Assembly: GCA_040954595.2 (NCBI GenBank)
Contig: CM082586.2
Coordinates: 8,215,337 to 8,279,336, forward strand
DNA: 64,000 bases
Reading direction: 5' to 3'
Source of the DNA: Balanoglossus misakiensis
Taxonomy: Eukaryota; Animalia; Hemichordata
The position numbers and the translations under genes were made by a program. Below, piece after piece: positions 10,876-23,599 of the stretch; position 1 is the first letter of the stretch; the number at the start of each line of letters is the position of its first letter. The notes under the pieces are model-generated. The model did not search any database and was not told the DNA's origin. It saw only the letters and a program-made list of their open reading frames with translations.

Positions 10876-12068
10876 TTATTAGCACAGAGGGAGCTATATG
10901 TGTTCCACCCTGAGAGAAAATTCAGCCAACTATCCCGTAAGAACTGTTTAAACGTTAAAACACCGAAGTTACTACACGCCATAGATCAACTCATTTAAAA
11001 TGGAGGTGGTTTCCGACGAAACCATAGAATCCTACTCACACATGTCATTATCAAAATCACTTAAGCTCCCCTTCCTCAGAATATGGCTGCTTCAAAGAAA
11101 ATTGCTAATAAATCTGGGTATAATTAACAGCCAAAGTTCTAAAGTCATATCTACAAACTTTTATTGAAGTCTTTGTATCAGACGGCCCATATTTCTTGTC
11201 AACAAGCCGTAAAATGTGGGTTGACATTTCAATGAGGTCATATAAAGATTACTGTATAGCACGGGCATAGGGAATAGACGTACAAGGTAATTAAACCACC
11301 AGCCGCGATCTACATTGATTTCCTTATTCCTGTATGTAAGTCTCTGATTCTAAATGCACATCGGTTCGAAATTCGCCAGATTTAATAATAATAATATGTA
11401 CCAATAGAAACAATCCTGTGCGCTTCTTAAGTCTTGGCAGGTCGCCAGTTTTGGCTTCAGAAGTCGGTCAATGATTGGCCTTCTCCTTATCTCTATGGTA
11501 ATTAATAAATGTTAGCAGACACAAGTGCGCGTTGCTTTATGTTTTTATCAGACATGTCCTTAACACAAACAAACATGCATAGCTGAACTGCCAGTCTGCC
11601 GTTTGACTACAGTGGAACTTGTTTTAGTAGAATATGTTGAACGGGTCCACACTCTGAAGGGGGTGTGGCGCAGAATTGTCTGACAATGAGGTAACACAGA
11701 ATGGTCATAGTATGGGGTGAGATCCCAGCTAAAATGCATTTATTTATTAATTTAATCGCTACAGTTACCATGGTAAATTGAGATCAAGCCAATCACAGAT
11801 TTCAGTGGTTGGCACCATATGTTCTTCAGAACACTCAGAAACGCTATTTTTGCCATTTATGGACATATGTAAATTGGAGGAGGCCGTGTACCTTTAACTG
11901 AGGCTTCAGTCAAAATCGCATGCTCGAACGACAAAAGCGAGCTCGAGACACGGGTGAACCAATACAAGTTGTCTGCCACCAGGCATGAGTTGTCATCATT
12001 CCTCTGGGCCTGGTGTTTTCACAAGTGTAGAACACACAACATAGACACAGGTTGGGCCGTAACTTGTC

Positions 12069-12790
12069 TTATCATATGCCTATATTCACGTGCCCATGTA
12101 AAGTCTATGGGGAAAAGCGCCCTCACATCCGTGCAGTTTTTTTGCTTATCACGCCCCGGCCCGGTGACCATATTTGGAAGACGCGTTCACTATCCGGATC
12201 TAGTTTTGTGTTTATTGCGCGAGATTCGAAAGTTGTCGTTGCTACGTTCTGAATTAATTTTTTTCTGCTGCGGTGTCAGTGACTAGTGCGCCGCTACCGA
12301 ATCCCATCCTCTTCCATAATCGCTGCATGTTGTAGAGCCTTATTTGGAAATATGAATAGTAAAATTGATGATTTGATCTGATTAATGTGTGACTGTCGGC
12401 GTCGATCGTCGCGAAGAAAAAATAATGTTTTGCTCGCGCTCGGCTGTGTGAGTTCGAGCGCGTCTACATCTCACGTGCAATAGAATGTAAACAAATGACA
12501 TCGTGCATATCAATCCGCAAGAACTGGAGGAATGCGGCTCTATGCTACGCGATTGATCATTTCAAAACGATAGATAAAAGCGTAATATTTACATTCCAAA
12601 ATATTACAGAATGTGTATTTTATTAATTTCTTGTTGATTATTATTCAATAAGGCATATGATAAAACCTTTACGGCCCTGATACGGGTTTTGCGGCCCTCG
12701 GTCGTACGGCGATCCGCGCCCTCCCTGCGGTCGGGCGCTTCCGCCGTACGACCTCGGGCCACAAAACCCGTATCAGGGCCGTAAAGATTA
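12069..12790. mobile_element. 722-bp non-autonomous element with asymmetric subterminal inverted repeat and a ~120-bp terminal hairpin, no TSD (HINE/Helentron-like or Crypton-like)
   Basis: Absent from the sister unit (aacttgtc|aaccgaatt at ~9735). ttatcatatgcct (12069-12081) is inverted as aggcatatgataa (12651-12663). Hairpin 12667-12786 has perfect 25-bp outer arms. Confidence 0.7.
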
Positions 12791-14063
12791 AACCGAATTA
12801 TGTTTAAAACGCCCATTGAGTTGACTGTTGGGACCAATACTGACAATGAGGCAATTACGCATGAATTATTGCCTGATTATAGGGATAGATGTGACGAATT
12901 TCAAAAGCCAAGTTGTACTATACGAAACAGTGACAGGCATTGTGTCAGTTTTTTTCCAAAGCGGTTTCTATCATGACACTGTGAGCAAGTAGGAAGGGAA
13001 CCAAAACTGACCAGTTTCCTGCAGGACGACGCATTGTGTCCATGCGTGGCCTAAGGTCAAGTTTCAATAGTATTTAAGACTTTGCGTGATAACGAAACAC
13101 GTTTATTAGCACATAGGGATAGATGAGACGATTTTTTTGTCATTTGATGTCATTGACCAGTTACCTGCAGGAAGGTCAGGTTTCACTAGTAGACTTTGGC
13201 ACAGAGGGAGCTGTATGGTTCGACCCTGAGACTACAACATTCAGCCAACTATCTTGTAAGAACTGTTTAAACACCGTTATAATTAAACTGAAGAACGAAG
13301 TTTGTACAACTCACAGATTAGTCAATTGGAAATGGATGTGATCATCGGCGAAACCATTGAAGGAATCGTCACACACATGTATGTCGTTATCAAAATCACT
13401 TATGTTCCCTCCCTAGAATATGAATGATTCAAAGAAAGTTGCCAATAAATCCTGTGTTAATTTATAACAGCCAGAGTTTTAAATTCATATCTCCAAACTT
13501 GTATTGCAACAGAAGACCCATAGTTCTTGTCAACAAGCCAGAAAATAATTATTCACATTCCAATGAGTTCATATAGATATTACTGTATAGTCGGACAAGG
13601 GGTCATACAAGGGAATTAAACCAACAGCCGCGATCTACATTGATTTCCCTATTCCTGAGTATGAGTCTCTGATTCTAAATCCACGTCGGGTCAAAATTCA
13701 CCAGATTTAGTAATAATGTCTATCGATAGAAAAAATTGTGCGCTCTTATTAACTTTTTGGCGTACCAGGCAGTTCGCAGTTTGGGCCAATAAAGTCGGTC
13801 AATTATTGGCCCTCTCCTTATCTCCATGGTTATCAATAAATGTCAGCCAGTCAGACATGTCTTAACACAAACATGCATAGCTGCAAAAACTGACAGCCCG
13901 CCCTTTGACCACAGTGGAACTTGTATTAATAGAATATGTCGTAGGGGTTTACAATTTGTAATACGGGGGTGGGGTGGGGTGGGGTGCAGACTTGTCTTAC
14001 ATTGAGAAAACCCAGAATAGTCATAGTTTGTGAAGGGGGGGGGGGGTGAGATCCCAGCCAAAA

Positions 14064-14553
14064 TACAGTGCACGTGAAACCTGTCATTACGGACGGACAC
14101 CTCTCTATTAAGGACAGATTTTTCAAGACAAATGTCACTGTTGGAATAGAATTTTACCTGTCTATAAGACTAGCCCACTAGTCGCTTGGTGATTTTTGAA
14201 TCTCAATACTTTTTGTGTTCGCGGGTTTTTTATCTTAATAAATAATTTCAAAACTTTTTTGCGTGCATGCTTGCTTTGAGCGTGTTTCTAGTAGTGAGTT
14301 TAGTTTCGAGTTTTGGACTGAGCTCACGGTTTCGGTTAGCGTCGACCAAGCCTACGCGTTCCCTTGACGTACATACGCGCTCACACTCGGTGACTTTTAC
14401 TCCACACACGGTACATAGAGAAATTCGGAACAAATTTTTAAAATGTATTTATTACGAAATAATGAAACCCACAGACTTGGAGCAAGTCTACCTGTCTATG
14501 GACGCCTCTCATATTTTCGGTTCCCAGAGGTGTCCTTAATAGATAAGTTTCAC
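14064..14553. mobile_element. Degenerate tacagtgaaacctg..gtttcac-type MITE with a nested ~325-bp insert (14166-14490); right part also at 1-143
   Basis: Ends tacagtg(cac)gtgaaacctgtc ... gtgtccttaatagataagtttcac. The inner segment aagact...agtcta is flanked by the 9-bp direct repeat cctgtctat. Confidence 0.4.
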
Positions 14554-15240
14554 ATTTATTCTTATATTATTTGTTTATTTCATCATGACTTTGCAATTAT
14601 TTGATTATTTCCTTTTCTTTTAACATTAAACTAAATTTGAAACTTCAAACCAATCACTCAGGTGCGAGTGTTAGTTTAGCTTAAAGGATGCCGAAAATGC
14701 AAAGTGACAAAATAAACCTGATAATCGCACTTCATATATGAACCATTACAGACGGGCCACGACATGCAATCATCTCAACGATGCTGCGGTGGGACACGTA
14801 CATGCACAATCATGCCAGGTCGTGCATGTGAGCGCTAATGTCCGTGAAAAAATATTCAAGACTGACAAACTCCAGCAACATTCGTCTGGTCTTATAGGTA
14901 ACGTGCATGGAGACACGTGTATTGGTCAGAACGTTTGACGTCAACGAATTCACTGACATTGACAAAGCCACGCAATCATAATATTGTATGTCCCAATGGC
15001 CCATAATGGATGGGTTCAAGTACAATCTGTGCTCTATGTAATGTATGCTGCCGTCCATGATGGGCCGTTGAGGCGTACCTTGTTGATTAATAAATATGCG
15101 TGTATCGCATACCATAATCTTCACTGAACATGTCTGGTCTGAAGTCCAATAACTCTAACCGGCCAAGATGGCGAGCAGTTACGAGCGTATTTCGGTCGAG
15201 CTTAATGCATTTAGGTGATATTGTATGTTTAAATATAACC

Positions 15241-15538
15241 ATGGCAACCACTAGCACAGATATCCTTCCCCTCAGGGCTTTATTCCTCAGGTTACATAAC
15301 GAACTGGGTGAGGAAGAGGTAGCAATACTCAAATATTTACTGTCTGGAAGCCACATTGATGAAAGAGACGCGGAGAAGGCGAGGAATGCACTGGACTTAT
15401 TCAGGCAGCTAGAAAAGCGTGGTCATGTGTCTGATACGAATGTGGAACTACTTGTAAACCTGATGAAACATTTAAAACTCGCACAGTTACAGGAAGAAGT
15501 GGAGGAGTTCCAGAGACAATCAAAATCGGTTGCAGCAG
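15241..15538 (+). CDS. Paralogue B exon 1: DED
   Basis: Nearly identical to 833-1130, with one N/D change in the DED core; donor CAG|gtaagg. Confidence 0.85.
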
Positions 15539-18500
15539 GTAAGGCGTTAACAGACTGTAGCACTACCAATGTGTGTTTAGCAGGCTACTACGTGCCGCCA
15601 TTGTTGCAGACTGTAACCGTCGGGGAAATTGGCCATGTCGCACGACATATTTTGGAACGTGTCGTTTGAGAGCGAATCCAAATTAAAAGAAATATGGAGC
15701 ATATTCAAACATAATGGAAGTATTTGGGTTGTATACTTTATTTGGTAATTTCGAATCAATCCGATCAGAAAAGGGAGTTCAAACATTTGAATTCATGATT
15801 CGGTTGAACTGAGTGTAAGAGTGTTAACATGAAACCTCTGGCAATAAATAACGAAGTACTTGAATCGTGTCTCGTCATAAATAAATTGCTGGCATTATCG
15901 TGAATGTACATTCCACGGTATTGATACAATGGTATCAAGGCGATCACCCCGGGACATTTACCAATTGAGTACTTGTTACCCACCACTTAGCTGAGTGCCC
16001 GGTTGGTAATTGTTCAGGTGGTACCTGTCCTACTGCACTACTTGTTGTTCATACAATGGTCGGGGAATTACCAAGGATATCAAAACGTCACAAATACTTC
16101 ACTGCTGTCAGAATCGTAAGCTGTTCCATCGATATCATTCAAATCGCAGCGGAAAGGCCAATTTCTTGTATTGAATGAACTCCGTCAAAACATAATCGGA
16201 GAATAAAACCGCACATGAATCATGACTCTAATATGAGTATAACTATAATTTCCCGAAGTTCAGCCTCACTTCTACAAGCACAGTATCGATCAAGACGTAC
16301 ATAAATACTGTACATATGAAAATAACACGCTTGATAAGTATATGTTCAGAAATTACACATTGTTCCAAAATGGAAAATGTGTCTAAATGTTGGCCATCAT
16401 GTTAAGTTTTTTTTTTATAAAAGTTTATCGTGAATGCTACAAACTAATCGTAAAAATACATGCTGTTAATAATATCGTCCAAACAAATTGTTTTGGGAAT
16501 GTTGTGTATTATTACTTTAATTTTGGAGTGCAGCACTGATGTAGACAAAGCCTTTCTTTCAGCTCTACGGTCATGGACACTGTAGACTTTATCAGATAAA
16601 CAGATTGTGTGCCGTCGTTTATCTGGATCCGCAACTGTCGTCTGTAAAAATGGAGTGACTTTAAAAAAGATAATAGTATCTGTCACTGCAGTTGGGAACC
16701 CCGATATACAACCCCCGTGTTTTTATCAAATATGTCCTGTATTTCAGAAAATTTTGCTACACTTTCCAAGAATGCTTCAAATTTCTCATTAAAGCTTCTG
16801 TAGGGAACAGATCGTATATTGAAATTCTGTCATACTATCAACGCATTTTTATTTTACAAGGGGAAAGAAGAAGAAGGCGAGGCAGTGTCACTGGACCAGA
16901 AATGCAGCCGTGCGTTGGTGAGTATCATGATATATTTTACTTGATTTGAGGTAGTCATTTCTTTACCATCACCTAGTTATGTTTGTCCCAAATATCAGTT
17001 AATGCACGTTGAATTCTGTGTTTTAGTATTCATTCAAGGGACAATGTATGCCTACTGTAAATGTGTATTTCAATGCAGTGGGAATGATTTTTTAATAATG
17101 TACTCAGAAATGACATGGGGCAATTTCGTCTGTGTTAATTAACTATTTTTTAATCAAAAGTATATAAATACATCACTTATACATTTGTACTTTATCTCCC
17201 ACAGATTTCATAGTAATGTTGTCGTTGGTCTTGACATTCATGAAGTCAACTGTGGAGTATATGATGCAAGAAATGATCAAGCAATTACTGAGCACATCCA
17301 CAGAGATTTTTGAGAGGGAGTTCAGCGAAACAATTGGTGGAAATAATCCAGAGATGAAGAGATTGATAAGAGAAGTATTTAAACGATTGGGATTGGAACC
17401 GAATAAAATGGAACGGTCCTCTGTTAAACTGACTCTACGGTCATTGAACATTCGAAGCATAGAACGTTTCCAAGACGGAATGGACAGTGGTGATGTTGAC
17501 AGACAACTGACTGACATATTTGTTACAAAGGCGATGAAAGCACTGATCAAAGACCAACCTTTAGAGTTCCGTGTGGAAGCTCACGTTGACCAATCACAAT
17601 TGAAGATGGGGATACAGTACTTTAAAGGTAAGAGTTCGCTGGCAATACAGGGGTTTTTCTTTTGTAGAATATTATGGAGAACTATTTGATTTGGAGGGGG
17701 TTAGGTATGTTAGCAAAATATCATTTAGGCACTGTTACAGCAAATTTCTTATTCAATTGTCAGTCCACCATTTTCTTCAAGGCATTACAGAAGAATAGTT
17801 TTACGTCCCAACCATCTGCTAGTTGCCCCTGGAAATCAAATTGTTCTCGCCTAAATATCTAGCATTTCGTGATTTCTTTCATTGGCAGTTAACGTTTTTT
17901 GTATTTTGGCCAGGACAAATGAATACCATGTTCTTTGATATGGATCAGCCATAGTATCTGAAAAGAGAATCTTGATCATACCACGAATATAATACAACTG
18001 TAAATGTACCGGTACATCTTGACTCTGGTGTGAGCGTTATTGTAGAAATTCACTGGTTTGACGGCAGTGTATAGTGATGTACATTATTTTGATACGTTTT
18101 GTGCAGTTTTCTAATATTTTGTTCTGTATATGCTTACAGATTTGCACCAAGAAAACAAGGTATTTGCCGGAGCCAGGAGCCGAAAATTACAGCAACCGAG
18201 CCTAGATCAATTCCCCTGTGTAAATCAACTGAATTTGATTTTAACAAAATGGCCGGCCAGACAGGACGTGGCAAAGTTTGGTTTAGTTATGTTAAAGTGT
18301 AGTAAACGACTAAAAGTGGTCACACAACAACACGACATCGCACAGAGAAAGATCACATATCTGGAGCAGACGAAATCTCTCCAACAAGAAGAAATCAATC
18401 GGCTCCAGAGTGACAAAGAACGAGCAGAAACAATAGCTGTGCGTGAGAGGACAAAACGAATTGCTCCACCAGTGGTATGTCAAAATTAAAAATTCACGTC

Positions 18501-21350
18501 TAGTAATGAGGTATTTCTACGCTGAAAAAATGTTTTATAAACTCTGAGTGAAATAGTGTTTGTAAAATTGCAGACGCTGTGACGTCAGCTTTAGAGTACA
18601 ATCATATCTTATGTCTGCAGCGCATAAGAGAAATTTCCTGAGCAAAAAGTCATTCAAGGAATTTTGCTCAGTAATTTTCCTCTTGTGTGCGTCAGTCTTA
18701 AGTAATTTCTCTCACAAGGAAAAATATCAAACACGTCGAATATTTTGATCCACAGCACAAAAGTAATAAAAATCACAAAAAATCGCCCGAACACGAGTGG
18801 AAATTTGTTTAGCAAAATTCCTTGAATGACTTTTCGCACAACTAAATTCTCTCGTGTGAGGCAGCTTTTATAGGCCGTATACACTTGCCACCCTGCAATA
18901 CTACACATTCTTCCTCAATGAACATCACTAGCTTCTTTTAACTAATAATACAAATCCTTTCTCAGAATCTTAGCCCTGTTTCAATAATGTATTTATATGT
19001 TTTACTAGTTTTGATGATTTCTTAATTAATACCTGAACACTAATATCACAATTGTAGGTGAGCTCTGGAGGCTAAGAAAAGTCGCTAATTGAAAATGTGA
19101 ATGTTTTTCTGAGTGCATGACTTCGAGATAGTAAAAGCCACAGATACACTATCAATTGAGAAAACACACTAGCATACATGAACATTTTAAGGCAAGACTG
19201 ATCTAGCTCAGTCATAATGAAAACGGAATCATTATATAACATAGAGACCTGTACGAAATTTGATGAAAACAGAGTGCCCTGCACCCGGGGCCTTGCTAAA
19301 TTATCACAGGATGAATTTAGTCAACGTTTGTTCATCACTGCAAAATAAAACTTTACTCACCAATTTTGATTTTCGCACTTATTTCCAGGACGAAGTTCCT
19401 CATAAAAAGCACAGAACAGAAGACGTAGAAGAAGGTCAATGTGAAGGTTGCAAAGAAACTGAATCGCTACAGAGATGCAAAGAATGCAGTGCGAAGTTTT
19501 GTTCTTCCTGTATAGTTGTCCATGAAGACACAGAAGCGGTCAAAGGTCAGAGTGACGTCACACTCGACAAATACTTAGAAGAAATATCAAGTCAGAAATC
19601 ACAGCAAAGTCAAGTATACTGCAGCTTTCACACACAGAATGAAGTACATCTGTTTTGTGATAGTTGTCAAGTATGCATCTGTCCTGAATGTACTGCCAAA
19701 CATCCAATTCCTGACCATGTCCACAGAGAGATACACAAAGCAGCTGATGATTACAGACAACAACTGGGCGAGATGGTGACGAAGTTGAGAAGAAATGAAC
19801 AGGCCTTCAAGTCACGTGACCCTGGAGACGAGACCATCAAAGATGACCTGGAAGTGCATCGTCAAGAGGAAGAGGAGAAAGTGAGAAATAAAGCAAAAAA
19901 GAGAATAAAAATGGTGAAGAGGGAAGAGTTCAGACTGGTTGAAGAGATGAATCTTGGATACAAGGCGACCAGACAAACCATTGAAAGTGAAGTCGATGAC
20001 TGGGAAGAAATACATGGAAATATTTCCAAGGCATGCCGTTATATTGACGCACTGGTGCATGATGGGAGTTCTGCTCAACTCATGACGTCCAAGAAACCGA
20101 CTATGCTTCGCATTCAAGAATTCGCTCATAAAGTGAATCAATTCATCAAATGTGAGTTGATCAAATTCAACCCTTCTGCAGACCCTCCAGAGCATGGAAT
20201 GCTGGGATTACTGACATTAGATATCAGTGCATCACAGTGTAGAGTAGAGGGCATTCCCAAAAGACTCGTCAGGGGTGAGTCTGCTGACGTCATTGTCAGA
20301 ATCGAAGACAGAAAAGGAAAACCAGTCACACCATACAAAGCAATCACAGCAAAGATCTGCAAAGAAGATGGGTCACAAGAGGACGTTGGAGTGGTTGACA
20401 ACAGAGATGGTACACACAGTGTGAGAATTCATGCAGATGTCGGTGGTAGACATGAAGTCAACATAACACTTGGTGATCAGCCGATACCAGGATCACCATT
20501 TGTAATTTCTGTTAAGGGTTTGGTGAAGATAATAGGCAAAGGTCAGCTTGACAATCCAGTAGGGATAACTACTAATAAACACGGTGACTTTGTTACAGCT
20601 GACCTGGTTAACCATAGGGTACACATAACCGACAGAGATGGAAATCACAAATCAAGTTTGTCGTTCACACAGTTTGAAAAACCATTTCAACCACTGGATG
20701 TGGCAGTATCAGCTGGTGATGAATACTTCATGACAGATAAAAGCAACAAACAAGTAGTTGTAAGCGATGAGGATGGAGAAGTACTCAGGCACTTTGGACA
20801 ACCTGAACTGATATATCCCTGTGGAATTGGTATCAGTCCTTTAGATGGCAGTGTGTATGTCACAGACTGGGATGGAGTGGGTGTTGACACAGACAAGGAA
20901 GGTAGTCACTGTGTCAGGAAATACACACAGCATGGTCAGCACATCACATCCTTTGGAAAGCACGGCACTGAAGAGGGAGAATTCAGAGGACCTGCATATG
21001 TGGATATCAACAGTGAAGGAGAAGCATTTGTATCAGATACGAACAATAACCGAGTTCAGGTGTTCAGTGCAGACTGTGAGTTTTTATACTCATTTCACAA
21101 CATCAGCACAGAAGACAGCCTGCAATGGCCCAATGGAATAGTGACAGATAAAGACGGAAATGTGTATGTCTGTGATGAGGGAAACAAACGTGTGGTAAAG
21201 TTAGATAGCAGAGGGAGATTCATATCTCGCATTGACAGTGATGAGGATGGACTTGAGTCGCCAGCTGGTATCACACTGACCAATGATGTGCCATGCAGAG
21301 TGGCTGTAGTTGACCATGGAAATGACTGCATTAAAGTATTTGCCCAATAA
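15241..21350 (+). CDS. Paralogue B: DED-NLS-TRADD-N-like-CC-Bbox1-Bbox2-CC-filamin-NHL protein, 1024 aa
   Basis: Exons 15241-15538, 16861-16917, 17205-17627, 18140-18474 and 19389-21350; GT..AG introns, phases 1,1,1,0; open 3075-nt frame; all exon length differences from A are multiples of 3. Confidence 0.85.
16861..16917 (+). CDS. Paralogue B exon 2: 57-nt basic micro-exon
   Basis: ttttacaag| and G|gtgagt; encodes GERRRRRGSVTGPEMQPCV. Confidence 0.7.
17205..17627 (+). CDS. Paralogue B exon 3: TRADD-N-like domain
   Basis: cccacag| and AAAG|gtaaga; 423 nt, phase 1-1; 3' half nearly identical to copy A. Confidence 0.65.
18140..18474 (+). CDS. Paralogue B exon 4: linker and coiled coil
   Basis: cttacag| and GTG|gtatgt; phase 1-0. 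Confidence 0.75.
19389..21350 (+). CDS. Paralogue B exon 5: B-boxes, coiled coil, filamin, NHL repeats
   Basis: tttccag|GAC acceptor; 1962 nt, same length as copy A; same domain motifs. Confidence 0.92.
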   Translation, partial: DEVPHKKHRTEDVEEGQCEGCKETESLQRCKECSAKFCSSCIVVHEDTEAVKGQSDVTLDKYLEEISSQKSQQSQVYCSFHTQNEVHLFCDSCQVCICPECTAKHPIPDHVHREIHKAADDYRQQLGEMVTKLRRNEQAFKSRDPGDETIKDDLEVHRQEEEEKVRNKAKKRIKMVKREEFRLVEEMNLGYKATRQTIESEVDDWEEIHGNISKACRYIDALVHDGSSAQLMTSKKPTMLRIQEFAHKVNQFIKCELIKFNPSADPPEHGMLGLLTLDISASQCRVEGIPKRLVRGESADVIVRIEDRKGKPVTPYKAITAKICKEDGSQEDVGVVDNRDGTHSVRIHADVGGRHEVNITLGDQPIPGSPFVISVKGLVKIIGKGQLDNPVGITTNKHGDFVTADLVNHRVHITDRDGNHKSSLSFTQFEKPFQPLDVAVSAGDEYFMTDKSNKQVVVSDEDGEVLRHFGQPELIYPCGIGISPLDGSVYVTDWDGVGVDTDKEGSHCVRKYTQHGQHITSFGKHGTEEGEFRGPAYVDINSEGEAFVSDTNNNRVQVFSADCEFLYSFHNISTEDSLQWPNGIVTDKDGNVYVCDEGNKRVVKLDSRGRFISRIDSDEDGLESPAGITLTNDVPCRVAVVDHGNDCIKVFAQ

Positions 21351-23599
21351 ACACAGCAGTAAACGTTATGTATCTTGGAAGTGACAAAGAAAACAAAGAA
21401 ACGGTGAGAATTTCACCAATACACACGGAACAATAGTGTCACTGAGGATGAAGGGAAACATGAACACAATTGGTGTACTATTGTGAATACTAGTATGTTC
21501 CACAATAACTTACAACATTAAATATTGTAGAATACTAGTATTTTATATGTTGGATACGGTGGCTAGTCAGACTATGCTGCCAAATGAATATAAACTCACA
21601 ATTATTCTTGGAATAAATTAAAATGGATATTAAATCAACAGAGATGTAAATTTAAATTGTTGACAATGTGCTGTGTGCAATTGCACAATCCCTCAAAAGA
21701 AAGCACTGATACCGTGTAATGAAAATAACACAGATCCGAGGGTAAGCAATTTGCTTCAGAAACTCTGAGAGATTCCCAAAAGTTGACAAACTCAGTAAAT
21801 AGTGAGCATCACATTTGGTAACTAACCAGACCACAGAAAGTAGTGCAACGACCTGGAAGAATATTTGCACAGTGACAAATGAAAGCTTTTTGCAGAAGAT
21901 TTTGCCGTGTAATAAGTATTTGTTTTACTGGAAAAGGAGGAACTCCTTGAATCGTGAATTTTTTAATATACTTTATTCTTTTGTACATAAAGTACATACA
22001 CTGCGCTAAAATCGTGCGCATAATAAGACAGTTATTTTTTTATAGAGATTTTGGTTTATTAGACTTTCACATCATTTTCAGTTGTATCACAAATGACGTG
22101 TTTTCAAAAAAATCAAATTGGGTTTTCATACATACCGGTTGAGTGAAACAAGCGTGCCTTTAACTGTACTGTTAAAATATGAGGTAACATTGAGATACAA
22201 AGTATACAAGGAAATATTTCAATACCCAGAAAGATGAAGAATTTCAGAACTACTTGTATCTATAATGTGCTTCTTCAGTTTTGTTATCTTTTTTGGCTTT
22301 GTTTAAATTAGCCGATGTATTGTGAGATTTTAATTAAAAAAACATCACATTTGATGTTTGGATGTCCTTTTTTATTTAAAAAACTGATACTAAGGAGTTA
22401 CTACATTAATGGAAAAAATGGATAAAATCATATGATTTATAATTTGTGATGATAACATGATGCCAAAATTGAAATACATTTGTAATACTGACATAAATCG
22501 TTACACCCCACTTGCTCCACCTATATTCGAAAAATTTACAGCTGTGAATGAAAATAAAATATTGCCTGATATGTAGGGATGACGAATATCAAAAGCAAAG
22601 TTGACGGAAAGAAGATGAGACCTGAGACGATGAGACCAAATAGAAAAGGAACCAAAACTGACATTTAATGATGTCATTATATTGACCAGTTACCTGCAGG
22701 ACGACGCATTGTGTCCATGTCTGACCTAAGGTCAAGTTTCGATAGTATTTAAAGACTTTGCGTGATAACGAAACACGTTTATTAGCACAGAGGGAGCTAT
22801 ATGTGTCCAACCCTGAGAGAACATTTAGCCAAATACCCCGTAAAAATTGTTTAATAGACGTTAAAACACCGTTAAAACCATCTTGAAAACTTGGTCGATG
22901 ATTGATAGCTGCAATGATTGTAGCGGGTGCTGCTAGGTTGACTGGTGTGTTCGCAGCCCTACTATGTTCATCTAATTTCTGCCTACCACACTACCAGACC
23001 AATTTATTTACCCAAAGATATCTTTACTCACCCCAGTGTATGCAAGTTTCAGCGTTTATTACGTTCCTCTGATGGTACGTGTTGTACGGAACCTGTGTAT
23101 TTTTCTTTTTAAAGCTTTTCAAATGCGAAAAGAAATTATTTGTAATTTAAATGATGGCAATCCTGTTCAGTAATTACAGATTAGTTATTGGATACTGTAC
23201 TGTTAATTTATTTGTAATTTTTGACGCGTAACTCCATTGCAAATTGGCGGAGGCCTTGAAATGCAAATAAACAATTCCACTAAATGATACTCTGTGTTAC
23301 GTACGTGTTTCAGTCCTTGTTATGTGTGACTTATATGCAGATGACAGAGCTGGTTAGCCTGAGCATATAGTACCGGTATAGCTCAAAGTACAACACAACA
23401 CGCATGCGCAAATATCAACCAAACACTCTGACGAATGTCACGTGTTCGTTATCAACAGTACTTCAGTCTATATTGTTACATCTGCATGTCAAATCTCAAA
23501 GACAACTATTGTACAGTGGTTAATTATCGAATAGATATGGCTCTTTATATACAGATGTTTTCTTCGGCAGTAATGTGCTTTCACTTCCTGCACTGACAA

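Larger units (their letters stand above)
8151..14067 (+). repeat. Three imperfect tandem copies of a ~1.8 kb non-coding unit (8151-9941, 9942-12995, 12996-14067 truncated); fourth partial copy at ~22648-22880
   Basis: Recurring gggaaccaaaa..gacgcattgtgtccatgcgtg.cctaaggtcaagtttc.atagtatttaagactttgcgtgataacgaaacacgttt and colinear downstream blocks. Confidence 0.9.
1..22880 (+). repeat. Tandem segmental duplication, period ~14.4 kb (1-8380 corresponds to 14410-22880)
   Basis: Position 1 aligns to 14410 and ATG 833 to ATG 15241. Homology ends at gttaaaacca (8380 vs 22880). The window starts inside the repeat, so further copies may lie upstream. Confidence 0.95.

Noticed and set aside
19260-19388. 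N-terminal extensions of the 696-aa ORF and of the 660-aa ORF (4825-4845)
   Set aside because: Intronic read-through. Not conserved between copies, and both have tttccag acceptors at the same codon.
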